The position numbers and the translations under genes are program-made. The notes under the pieces were generated by a model, which had not been told where the DNA came from, searched no databases, and saw only the letters and a program-made list of their open reading frames with translations. 64,000 bases of DNA from an archaeon GW2011_AR15 (lineage in GTDB: Archaea > Nanobdellota > Nanobdellia > Woesearchaeales > GW2011-AR15): the NCBI GenBank assembly GCA_000830295.1, contig CP010425.1, positions 96,001 through 160,000 of the forward strand, in the 5' to 3' direction. The stretch's first letter is position 1. Each line of letters starts with the position of its first letter. Positions 1 to 9,314 of the stretch are shown piece after piece.

Positions 1-1
1 T

Positions 2-1927
2 ATCAATTTCAGCTTTGAATATGATGATAGGTTAAGACTTATAGAGATGATCATGCTGGCAGATGACCAGTCTTTTACAACTGAATTTATCTATGATTCC
101 CAAAACAGGCTTATCTCAAAAGTTGGATTAGGAGAACTGGATTTTATATTCAACAGGCAAGGCAAAGTAAGGAAAATCCCGGGATTTGTTACAGATTCTT
201 CTTATAATGCCTTTGGCAGTATTTTGAATAGAACTTATGGCAATGGCCTGATACAGCAGTTCAGTTATGATGAGGAGAATAACAGGCTTACAAACATCTA
301 TATTTCAGGAGTCCAGAACTTGACTTATGATTATGATTCTGTAGAAAACATTATCTCCATACTTGACCCTGTGAATAATAGAAACCACTATCTTGGCTAT
401 GATGGATTAAACAGGCTGATCAATGCCACAATAGGAGATGATGTCTACAAGTATTCTTACAACCCCTTAGGAAACATGATGAAGATAGTGCATAACAACG
501 AAAGCAAGAAATTCGTTTACAATGGCGATCAGGCTCACGCCCCATCCCAGATAATCGAAGGGGAAGCTGGAGTGGACGTCTATAACCCAAGGGAGATAGA
601 CACAGGCAGGAAATCCCGATTAACTGAATTCTGGTTATTGAATGACAAAAACACAAGCATTCTGGCCAACATATCTGTCTGGTTTGATGATAATAAGAAT
701 TTCACGAATAATTCCATTACTCTCGACAGCAACATTTGGTTCCTTGTTGAGAACAACTACAGCTATGGCAGGGATTACAGCGTCAATATAACAGCAGATT
801 CAGAGAACATATCAGACAGCCAGCTATACAGTATAAAATTCGGCACACGGGCAAAATCCCTTAAGGTTATAGATCCAAATGTCTCAGTCAAGACATTTGA
901 GTTCATTATCGAGAATGATGTCTCTGATAAGGTCTATAACGTAAGCTGGAACTGCTCTAATGACATAGACACGATATATTCGACTGATTTGGCAGGAAAT
1001 CAAAGCCTGTATGACTATCTCCAGCACAATTACACTCTGCCTGGAGAAAAGACATTTACATGCACAGTCACAAGCAATGACGGGACAGAATCAGAGACAG
1101 TAGAATTTACTTTAAACGGCCTGGAGATAGAAGATTATGACATCCTGCTGACAAACATAAGCAGGAGAGTTGTTGCCTATGATGTTGTGAACTATTTCAC
1201 GCCGATAGAGGCCAATATTTCAATGGAGGACGAGACTGCCTCATTCTCCAGGATAACAACTCTTGAATCAGACGAGGATGTGATGGTTTTCGTCGAGACA
1301 AACTATTCCTCAGACGGCTCAAAGACATTCAGCATTGATGTCTCGTCAAGCAATTATTCTAATTCGTACAGCGAATCATTTGATTTAGAGAGTGTCTCAA
1401 TAGAGAATTATGAGAGGGTAAATCAAAATACCGGTCAGATATTAGTGTTCGGCATCAGGAACAAATGGTATTCTGGGGTGGTAAACTGGTCAGTGTCAGA
1501 GCCCAGCATACAGAACCTTAGCACTTTGAACACAGGCGAATTATTATTGGTTGCAATTGAGCATAATTATACTCAGGGCAGCAAAACACCGAGAATAACT
1601 GCTGTTGTGTCTTCTGTTCAGGACGAGGTAACAGATTATTTCTCTGTTACTCCTCTTGAAATCAGCAGTTTAGCAGTGATATCAGAAGACCGTTCCAAAG
1701 CAGTTTCCGAGCTGGTTGTGCTTAATAAGCTGGATGACAGCCAGCAGTTTTCATGGAGACTGGATACGGAGATAGAGAACATAACCTCCTCCTTAATCAA
1801 TCTCACTGGCAATGTTTTCATCTATATTGGCAGCTATTACAACACAGAAGGCATCTACAGGCAGGTTGCAGTGATAAACAGCAGCAGCTACGATGACAAT
1901 GAGAGCATCGGGGTGGTTATCTCGTGA
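2..1927 (+). CDS. RHS/YD-repeat protein with C-terminal tandem PKD/Ig-like beta-sandwich repeats (5' end lies outside the window)
   Basis: Frame is open from base 2. YD motifs (YDSQNRL, YDEENNRL, YDGLNRL, YNPLGNM) are followed by about five ~90-aa Asn/Ser/Thr-rich repeats (VExNYS..G). No RHS core terminus. Confidence 0.8.
   Translation: MNFSFEYDDRLRLIEMIMLADDQSFTTEFIYDSQNRLISKVGLGELDFIFNRQGKVRKIPGFVTDSSYNAFGSILNRTYGNGLIQQFSYDEENNRLTNIYISGVQNLTYDYDSVENIISILDPVNNRNHYLGYDGLNRLINATIGDDVYKYSYNPLGNMMKIVHNNESKKFVYNGDQAHAPSQIIEGEAGVDVYNPREIDTGRKSRLTEFWLLNDKNTSILANISVWFDDNKNFTNNSITLDSNIWFLVENNYSYGRDYSVNITADSENISDSQLYSIKFGTRAKSLKVIDPNVSVKTFEFIIENDVSDKVYNVSWNCSNDIDTIYSTDLAGNQSLYDYLQHNYTLPGEKTFTCTVTSNDGTESETVEFTLNGLEIEDYDILLTNISRRVVAYDVVNYFTPIEANISMEDETASFSRITTLESDEDVMVFVETNYSSDGSKTFSIDVSSSNYSNSYSESFDLESVSIENYERVNQNTGQILVFGIRNKWYSGVVNWSVSEPSIQNLSTLNTGELLLVAIEHNYTQGSKTPRITAVVSSVQDEVTDYFSVTPLEISSLAVISEDRSKAVSELVVLNKLDDSQQFSWRLDTEIENITSSLINLTGNVFIYIGSYYNTEGIYRQVAVINSSSYDDNESIGVVIS
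236..540 (+). repeat. Near-identical direct repeat, copy 1 (copy 2 at 4203-4507)
   Basis: tatggcaatggcctgatacagcag...aggctcacgc recurs at a 3967 bp offset with scattered substitutions. Confidence 0.9.
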
Positions 1928-3216
1928 GAACCGCCAGATATATAAAGAGAATTGCCCTGTTCTTCATCATGCTTATTGCTCTTCAATCTGTTGTTTTTGC
2001 TGGAACATTAAATTTAGAATATGACGCTAATGGCAATTTAGTTAGCGGAGACGGCCTTTTCAGGGAGTATAACTCACTGAACCAGTTATGGAGAGTGTAT
2101 AATGGCTCAAATTCCTCTGGTGATTTATTGCAGGAATACACATATCATCCTACAGAAGAGAGAGCCCTTATAAAGAAAACATACAATAATTCTGTTCTGG
2201 TTGAGAGAGCCTATTACGTTGATGAAAACTTTGTCAGGATCATAAATCTATCTGGAACTTTCGATTTTACGTATGTGTATCATAACGGACAACAGATAGC
2301 ACAGATACTGCCTTCAGGAGATAAAGAATTCATCCACGCAGACCATATCGGCTCTTCCAGTGTTGTAACTAATGAAGCCGGTCAAGTTATTGAGAATACT
2401 ACGTATGCTCCTTTTGGCTCAATTGTCTCAGGAGGAGAAGAGACGAGATATGATTACGAGAATAAGGAATATGATGAAACAATAGGCACTTACGACTTCC
2501 ATTTCAGGCAGTACAACCCAGAGTTCGGGATATTCATGCAGCCGGACACGCTCATACAGAATGTCTATGACCCGCAGTCTCTAAATAGATATGCGTTTGA
2601 GAGGAATAATCCGTATAACAGGGTTGATCCGACAGGTCATTTTGAACTAGTTTCTGGTACTGTTTTTGTTGGGGCTCTTGCAGTAGCATCTATAGCAGCA
2701 TTCATTGCATGGTCGAGTCCCATTATTGGACCTAGTATTGATTGGTATAAGTCATCAAGACAGGTTCTTCAAGCAAAAGCCACGGAGAATAAAGCTAAAT
2801 CTCTTTATGATTTGGGAGAAAAATGGTATCAATACTATGAGGATGATACTCCAGAAAACTTTAAGAAAGCACTTCTAGAAACAGCTGGTTTTGCTGTAGA
2901 TGAGATAATTAGTAGTGGATTACAAAGAACAGCAGGTAAAGTCTTTTCAGATTATTACGAGGCTAATCAAGGCATGGGAGGGATAACAATAAATGTTTTA
3001 AATAATATACTTGATTGGAATAATCAAGCCAATGAAATAATTGGTATCTCATCATCAGAAAAAGGTTCAAAAGCATTACTTCGCTCAAGAAGAAGTGGAG
3101 GATATAGTCTAGTAGAAAGTAATGCCAATGGAGAAACGAATACTTATACAGGTAATATCTATGACATTAATGGTGAAAAAAGATTTATTGGAATAAGACC
3201 AGTCAGTAGAGACTGA
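1924..3216 (+). CDS. Signal-peptide-bearing RHS repeat-associated core protein with variable C-terminal (putative toxin) domain
   Basis: N-terminal signal peptide; YDANGNL; HADHIGSSSVVT; YDPQSLNRYAFERNNPYNRVDPTG cleavage motif; AT-rich CT beginning with a hydrophobic helix. Confidence 0.85.
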   Translation: MRTARYIKRIALFFIMLIALQSVVFAGTLNLEYDANGNLVSGDGLFREYNSLNQLWRVYNGSNSSGDLLQEYTYHPTEERALIKKTYNNSVLVERAYYVDENFVRIINLSGTFDFTYVYHNGQQIAQILPSGDKEFIHADHIGSSSVVTNEAGQVIENTTYAPFGSIVSGGEETRYDYENKEYDETIGTYDFHFRQYNPEFGIFMQPDTLIQNVYDPQSLNRYAFERNNPYNRVDPTGHFELVSGTVFVGALAVASIAAFIAWSSPIIGPSIDWYKSSRQVLQAKATENKAKSLYDLGEKWYQYYEDDTPENFKKALLETAGFAVDEIISSGLQRTAGKVFSDYYEANQGMGGITINVLNNILDWNNQANEIIGISSSEKGSKALLRSRRSGGYSLVESNANGETNTYTGNIYDINGEKRFIGIRPVSRD

Positions 3217-3254
3217 GACACATATTTAAATAGAAAAACATCCTAATAGCATAA

Positions 3255-3704
3255 ATGGTATTTTTTATCCAACAAAACATTGAAGCCATACTGCTTTATG
3301 TAGGTCTTTTCTCACTGCAAATTAGTTTTTTAATAACAAGTATTCTTGGTTGGAAAGTATATAAAAACAAAACTAAACTAGTACACAAAAAGAAACTAAA
3401 TCACGATGTTGCTGAGGATAATTTTCTTCTAGTTTTCTATATTTTAACAATATTACTGCCAATATTTTTTACTTATGTAATTTTTTCTCAAAATACCTAT
3501 TTAGGTTTCATTAATGTGTTCATATTATTCATATACTCAGTTGGAGTACATAGATTATCGATTTCAGAATTTGAAAAAATAATTTATTCAAGAAGACTAA
3601 TAAACCCAAAATTTAAAAAAAATATTTATAATTTAATTTTTAGACCATACATATATTTCGGCATAGCATTTTTTTGTTTAATAATAAACCTAATAATTAG
3701 ATAA
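3255..3704 (+). CDS. Multi-pass membrane protein, candidate immunity protein
   Basis: About 4 TM segments, very AT-rich, directly downstream of RHS-CT. Confidence 0.6.
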   Translation: MVFFIQQNIEAILLYVGLFSLQISFLITSILGWKVYKNKTKLVHKKKLNHDVAEDNFLLVFYILTILLPIFFTYVIFSQNTYLGFINVFILFIYSVGVHRLSISEFEKIIYSRRLINPKFKKNIYNLIFRPYIYFGIAFFCLIINLIIR

Positions 3705-3705
3705 A

Positions 3706-4155
3706 ATGACAAACACAAAAACATTGAAAGTGTTTTATTTAGGGTTAACATTAATTGTATTTATCATTCTAACTATCTCTTTAATAATTAATATTAGTAT
3801 CCCCTTTATTGGGTGGGTTTTTGGATTGTCTGGTATAGGACTCTCAATCTTCCTATTTTTTTATATTGATTCAACTAAGAAAATCAACAAGGACACAAAT
3901 CAAATTTTTCATATTCTAGAAGAAAATAGATTATTTAAGATTAACTTTATACAATTGTCAATAATATATTTGATTCTAGTCTTTATATATACTCAATTTA
4001 GATATTCTATAGTCAAAGAGGCGTATTTTTCAGACACACTACCAATTTCTATATCTGTTATCTGCGTTTATTTTGTTTTGTTAACTATTCAATATCATAA
4101 AGGCTTGTTAATTTTATTAAGAAAAGATCTGAAGAGTTTCAAGAAGATAAAATAA
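3706..4155 (+). CDS. Multi-pass membrane protein, candidate immunity protein
   Basis: About 4 TM segments, AT-rich, coupled to the previous gene. Confidence 0.6.
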   Translation: MTNTKTLKVFYLGLTLIVFIILTISLIINISIPFIGWVFGLSGIGLSIFLFFYIDSTKKINKDTNQIFHILEENRLFKINFIQLSIIYLILVFIYTQFRYSIVKEAYFSDTLPISISVICVYFVLLTIQYHKGLLILLRKDLKSFKKIK

Positions 4156-4157
4156 AT

Positions 4158-5894
4158 ACCAATTCATCATACAATGCTTTCGGCAGCATTCTCAATAGGA
4201 GCTATGGCAATGGCCTGATACAGCAGTTCAGTTATGATGAGGAGAATAACAGGCTTACAAACATCCATATTTCAGGAGTCCAGAACTTGAGCTATTCATA
4301 TGATTCTGTAGGAAACATTATCTCCATACTTGATCCTGTGAATAATAGAAACCACTATCTTGGCTATGACAGCTTGAACAGGCTTGTAAATGCCACAATA
4401 GGAGGTGATGTCTACAAGTATTCTTACAGCCCCTTAGGAAACATGATGAAGATAGTGCATAACAATGAAAGTAAGAAATTCGTTTACAATGGCGATCAGG
4501 CTCACGCTCCGTCTTCAATTATTGAAGGAGACGCAGGCATTGACGTTTTCAGCCCGAGAGAGATTGATACTAACAGGAAATCCAGATTGACTGAGTTTTG
4601 GCTGCTTAATGACAGGAACACGAGCATTGTAACTAACTTTACTGTTGGCTTTTGAGACGGGAATTCCTTCAGCAATGATTCTGTTTCAGTAGAGAACAAC
4701 ATCTGGTTCCTTGTTGAGAACAATTATTCCAACGGAGGCAATTATTCTGTAAATGTGAGTGCTGTTTCCTTAGGCATCTCAGACAGTGAGGTTTATGATA
4801 ACAGATTTGGAGCAAGGGCTAACAACCTGAAAACTATTTATTCAAATAGCTCATTGAGAACATTTGAGTTCATTATTGAGAATGATGTCTCTGACACCAT
4901 ATACAATGTTACGTGGAACTGCTCAGACGGCCTTGACTCAATATACTCGACTGATTTGGAAGGAAATCAAAGCCTGTATGACTATCTTCAGCATAATTAC
5001 AGCAGCCCAGGCCAGAAGACCTTTGGCTGCACAGTTGTTAGCAATGACGGTGCTGAAAGCAAAGCAATAGTGTTTACTCTCAATGGATTAGAAATAGAGA
5101 ATTTTGACATTTTGTCTAATAATGCTTCATGGAGAGTCGTCAGCTATGATGTAAGGAATTATTTCATACCAATGGAAACAAATATCTCCATGGATGACGG
5201 CGCAGCTGAATATTCCAGAGTAACAACTTTAGCTTCCAATGAGAACATATTCGTGTTTGCAGAGCAGAATTTCAGTTCTGACGGCTCAAAGACATTCACG
5301 ATTTCACTGAATTCAGAGAATTATACCAATGATTATGCAGAAGCCTTTAGTTTAGAAGGAGTCTCAATAGAGAATTACAACAGGCATTCATCAGGGACTG
5401 ACCAAATCTTTTCTTTCGACGTGAGAAACAACTGGAACCCTTCAGTAGTTGTGTGGAACATCAGCGGAGTTCTAAGCAATTCCTCCTCTCTTGACAATGA
5501 TGAGCTTTTGATGGTAATCGTTGAGAACAATTATACAGTGCAGGGCAAAAAACAAGCAATAATTACAGCCAGAAGCTCATCATATGAAGACACAATAACG
5601 GATTATTTCCTAATTCAACCTTTATTAATACAATCTCTAATCACATTGTCAGAGGATGATTCAGAGGCAGTCTCAGAATTAATAGTAGAGAATACGATAA
5701 ACAACACGCAACAGTTTTCATGGAGACTGGATACACAAGAGGAGAATATAACCTCCAACTTAATCAATGTAAGCGACAACATCTTTGTTTATATAGGCAG
5801 CGAGTACAATGATGAAGGTGTCTATAATATCCGGCTGAATATCAATAATACGAATTATAACGACAGCGAGAAAAGAGGAGTGGTGATATCGTGA
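4158..5894 (+). pseudogene. 5'-truncated second copy of the YD/PKD-like gene with one in-frame TGA (4653-4655)
   Basis: Homology to gene 1 starts at TNSSYNAFG (4158). Track ORFs 4287..4655 and 4755..5894 are in the same frame, separated by F*DG. Confidence 0.75.
4203..4507 (+). repeat. Near-identical direct repeat, copy 2 (copy 1 at 236-540)
   Basis: See copy 1. Confidence 0.9.
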
Positions 5895-7231
5895 AAAAAG
5901 CCACCTATCTAAAAATCATCGCCGGATTATTGCTCTATTTGGTAGTTTCGCTCCCTGCCGTATTCTCAGCTGAACTCAGTCTAACTTACGATGCTAATGG
6001 CAACCTTGTAACAGGAGACGGCAAGTATAGAGAATACAATTCATTGAACCAGCTCTGGAAGATTTACAACGGCTCAAATTCTTCTGGTGATTTATTGCAG
6101 GAATACGAGTATCATCCGATAGAGGAGAGAATGCATGTAAAAGTTTCTTATAATGGGGATGGGAGCAACGAAACCACGATTTATATCTCTGAAAACTTTG
6201 TCAGGGTAATCAACAGCTCAGGTACTTTTGACTTTACTTATGTTTATCATAACGGACAACAGATAGCTCAGGTAAAGCCTTCAGGAGATAAAGAGTTCAT
6301 ACATAACGATCATTTAGGCTCAACATCAATTATAACAAATGAAAGTGGAGCAATTATTGAAAATACGACATATAGTCCTTACGGTGAAATTATTGCAGGA
6401 GGACAAGAATCTAGAAAAGATTATACAGGAAAAGAATTTGATTTAGGTCTAGAGGAGTATGATTTTGGCGCAAGAATGTATAAAGCAGAGTGGGGGTTAT
6501 TCACCAAAGCAGATAGTATAATCCCTGATCCATTTGAACCTCAAGCTTTCAATCGTTATTCTTATGCAAAGAATAATCCATTTAGATATATTGACCCAGA
6601 TGGTTTTGCATACTGTGATGCTGTTCAAGGGTGTGTACAATTAGTGGATGTTTCAGGTGGAGTACATACTTCTGGTCCTTTGACGTTAGAAGAAGGAGAA
6701 CTTGGAGAATATTCTGAATATAATGGTTATGAATATAATCCACCATGGTCCGTAGATAAAGCACCAGAAGGAAAAAATCAATTTTGGAACCAGTTAGTAG
6801 GAGATTTGTTTACTGCTATTGGTTTTAGTCTTTCAACTTCACCATTTAGTTTTACTGGTAGAACTTCAATAGCCCCACCAAAACCTGGCGATGATGTCTT
6901 AAGTGAAGCATCTAAAAAGGGATTCTCATCTGATGAACTGCTACAAAAGCATTTTGCAAAGCACAAAGATGAATTTGGATTTAAAACAGTTAAACAATAT
7001 GATAATGCCGCAAAAAGCTTTGCTAGCTCAAATAATGCAGATATACAACAATATATAAGACCAAATGGGGATGTTTTAAGATATAATCCTGCGTCAAATG
7101 AGTTCCTAGTTGCTTCTAGTAAAGGGACAATAAGGACATATTTTAAACCAAGAGCAGGATATAGCTACTACTATCAACAGACAATTAGTGGAGAAGAATT
7201 TATTATTGGAATACGAAAACCTAAAAAATAA
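5891..7231 (+). CDS. Signal-peptide-bearing RHS core protein with probable BECR/RelE-like RNase toxin domain
   Basis: RHS core ends NNPFRYIDPDG. CT has HFAKHKDEFG...Y...A..F...NGDVLRYNPASNEFLV...GTIRTYFKP, a motif typical of polymorphic-toxin RNase tips. Confidence 0.85.
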   Translation: MKKATYLKIIAGLLLYLVVSLPAVFSAELSLTYDANGNLVTGDGKYREYNSLNQLWKIYNGSNSSGDLLQEYEYHPIEERMHVKVSYNGDGSNETTIYISENFVRVINSSGTFDFTYVYHNGQQIAQVKPSGDKEFIHNDHLGSTSIITNESGAIIENTTYSPYGEIIAGGQESRKDYTGKEFDLGLEEYDFGARMYKAEWGLFTKADSIIPDPFEPQAFNRYSYAKNNPFRYIDPDGFAYCDAVQGCVQLVDVSGGVHTSGPLTLEEGELGEYSEYNGYEYNPPWSVDKAPEGKNQFWNQLVGDLFTAIGFSLSTSPFSFTGRTSIAPPKPGDDVLSEASKKGFSSDELLQKHFAKHKDEFGFKTVKQYDNAAKSFASSNNADIQQYIRPNGDVLRYNPASNEFLVASSKGTIRTYFKPRAGYSYYYQQTISGEEFIIGIRKPKK

Positions 7232-7256
7232 GCGAATCTTCCAAATAGTCATTAAA

Positions 7257-7658
7257 ATGGTAATTGATAAAGAAAAAAGTCATTTTAAAGCACCCACCAC
7301 GAAGATTGATAAACTAATTAAAGAATGGAGGGAGTTTGTTAATTCTTGTAAAGCAGGCTATGAACTTTCTTTTTATGATTATAAGAATGATTTGGATATT
7401 AGGCTTCTTATTCAAAAGATAATAGACTCAAATACTAAAAAAAGTGAAAAAATAAGAAGACAAATCCAATTTGAGGATACGGAATTTAGGGAGTTATTAG
7501 TTAATATTAACGCTTGCATATATCCTAAAAATACGGAAACACAATTTGATGAATCTAAAAGGGACAAGTATTTTTGGTATTGGGGAATTATCAAAAATGC
7601 ACGTGGGGAATTATTGAAAGATTTAGAATCAGAAAAAAGATTTGAGTATTATTCTTAA
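7257..7658 (+). CDS. Soluble candidate immunity protein
   Basis: AT-rich, directly after the nuclease-type CT; W..FV...GY....YDY.NDL..R pattern. Start moved to the ATG at 7257. Confidence 0.65.
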   Translation: MVIDKEKSHFKAPTTKIDKLIKEWREFVNSCKAGYELSFYDYKNDLDIRLLIQKIIDSNTKKSEKIRRQIQFEDTEFRELLVNINACIYPKNTETQFDESKRDKYFWYWGIIKNARGELLKDLESEKRFEYYS

Positions 7659-7683
7659 ATTAATATACTGATCCAGCCAAGAA

Positions 7684-8634
7684 ACTTTTGACTTTACTTA
7701 TGTAAAACACGAAGGGCAGCTGATAGCGCAAGTCAACCCGGATGGCAGCAAATACTTTATCCATTCTGACCATTTAGGCTCAACATCTGTAGTTACCGAT
7801 GAAGCAGCTGCTGTCATTGAAAACACGACTTACAGCCCATTCGGAGAGATTGTAGCAGGCGGTTCTGCTGTCAGGTATGGCTATGAAGGCAAGGAGTATG
7901 ATAGTGTTGTTGGGGATACGGATTTTAACTTCAGAAAGTATAATCCAAGCTGGGGAATATTTTTACAACCAGATACAATAATCCAAAACTTATACGATCC
8001 GCAGTCGTTGAATAGGTATATGTTTGAGAGGGGGAATCCTTATTATTATATTGATCCGACAGGACAGAACCCCGTTGCTATTGCTGCTGGAATATACATA
8101 GGAATTATGGCATTATCTGGAGGGGGACAAGAATTGGCAGTTCAATTAATTTATTCAGGAAGAGTATACGACTGGAGCAGGATAGGATATGCTACATTAG
8201 AAGGTACAACTATAGGAGCTATAGCTATTGCTACATTGTTTATTCCCTCTATTGGTCCACATATATTTTCAGCAATAACATTTGGGTATGAATGGGAAGG
8301 ATATAAAGAGTTAGAAGAATCTATTGGCACAGCAAAAGAAAATAGATTAGAAGATGATGAAAGTACACTCACCTCTAAAGTGACTATACCAAACATGCAA
8401 AGTCAAGCCAATAATCAACATATAGTAACTCCTCCTTCAACACAAACTGCAATAGAAAATATAATATGGTTTGTTTCAAAAACGGCAAGAAGATATCTTG
8501 GTGGAAGTACATATACAATATCAGGGAGAGAATATGGACTAAGTGTTTATCAACCTGCCAGAGACGCAGAAGGCAAAACAAGATGGGATAGAATTATAGA
8601 AAGGAATAAAGAGAGAAGTCAAAAAAATACATAA
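7684..8634 (+). pseudogene. Orphan RHS core + CT cassette lacking a start and signal peptide
   Basis: Open frame from TFDFTYVKHEGQLIAQ through HSDHLGSTS to NPYYYIDPTG, then a hydrophobic Gly/Ala-rich CT. In-frame stop at 7669-7671 and no start at the 5' junction. Confidence 0.75.
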
Positions 8635-8668
8635 ATTTTTATAGTATGAGCTATGTTAATATGATATA

Positions 8669-8893
8669 ATGAGTAAGAAAATTGCGTCCAGATTTGGAAC
8701 ATATTTATCATTGAATTTGATTGTTTTTAGTGTCTTATATACTTGGGGGATTATTACATTAAAAAATATCATTACTGATATGTTTGTGCCATTGATTGTA
8801 TTTTATCGTAGTTTAATAGTCACAATTGGATTAAATTTAGCAGCGTTTATATACATTAAAATTAATAAAATTGAGTTAGATAAATTTCTTTAA
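8669..8893 (+). CDS. Small 2-TM candidate immunity protein
   Basis: AT-rich hydrophobic 74-aa ORF after the orphan CT. Confidence 0.55.
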   Translation: MSKKIASRFGTYLSLNLIVFSVLYTWGIITLKNIITDMFVPLIVFYRSLIVTIGLNLAAFIYIKINKIELDKFL

Positions 8894-8902
8894 ATCATTT
8901 TC

Positions 8903-8956
8903 AATTACTTTTTGATCCAGCCATTGCTTATACAATCGCTTGTAACGCTCTCAGAA
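8903..8956 (+). pseudogene. Short remnant of another PKD-like gene copy
   Basis: Translates NYFLIQPLLIQSLVTLSE, versus DYFLIQPLLIQSLITLSE in the 4755..5894 frame. Confidence 0.7.
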
Positions 8957-9011
8957 GTTTGACAGCACCGCAAACAAAAACCTTAAAAAACAATTCTGTT
9001 TTCATGCCCAG

Positions 9012-9260
9012 ATGGGGAAATTCAGGATAATATACGACAGGAAGGCATGCATCGGTGCGAATGCCTGCGTTGTGCTTGACCCTCAGCTTTTTGAGATGGA
9101 CAAGGACGGGAAGGCCAACCTTATAGGCGGGAAGAAACTGGCTGACGGCACGTTTGAGCTTGTAACAGATGCCAGAGAGTCAATAATAGAATCTGCGCGC
9201 GGCTGCCCTGTTGAGGTAATAAAGGTTATTGATTTGGAAACAGGGAAAAAGATTGTCTGA
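9012..9260 (+). CDS. Single-cluster ferredoxin (3Fe-4S-type motif)
   Basis: CIGANAC...CP motif. Confidence 0.85.
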   Translation: MGKFRIIYDRKACIGANACVVLDPQLFEMDKDGKANLIGGKKLADGTFELVTDARESIIESARGCPVEVIKVIDLETGKKIV

Positions 9261-9314
9261 TTCATTCTGAGAATAGCTTTATAAATAAGCTCTTTACACT
9301 ACCACTTGATAGTA

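Noticed and set aside
4653-4655. In-frame TGA that would read as PKD-like FGDG if TGA encoded Gly (alternative genetic code) or was recoded
   Set aside because: TGA terminates many clear genes here (ferredoxin, trxA, nreA, tfs) and this copy is also 5'-truncated; a GGA-to-TGA nonsense change is simpler.
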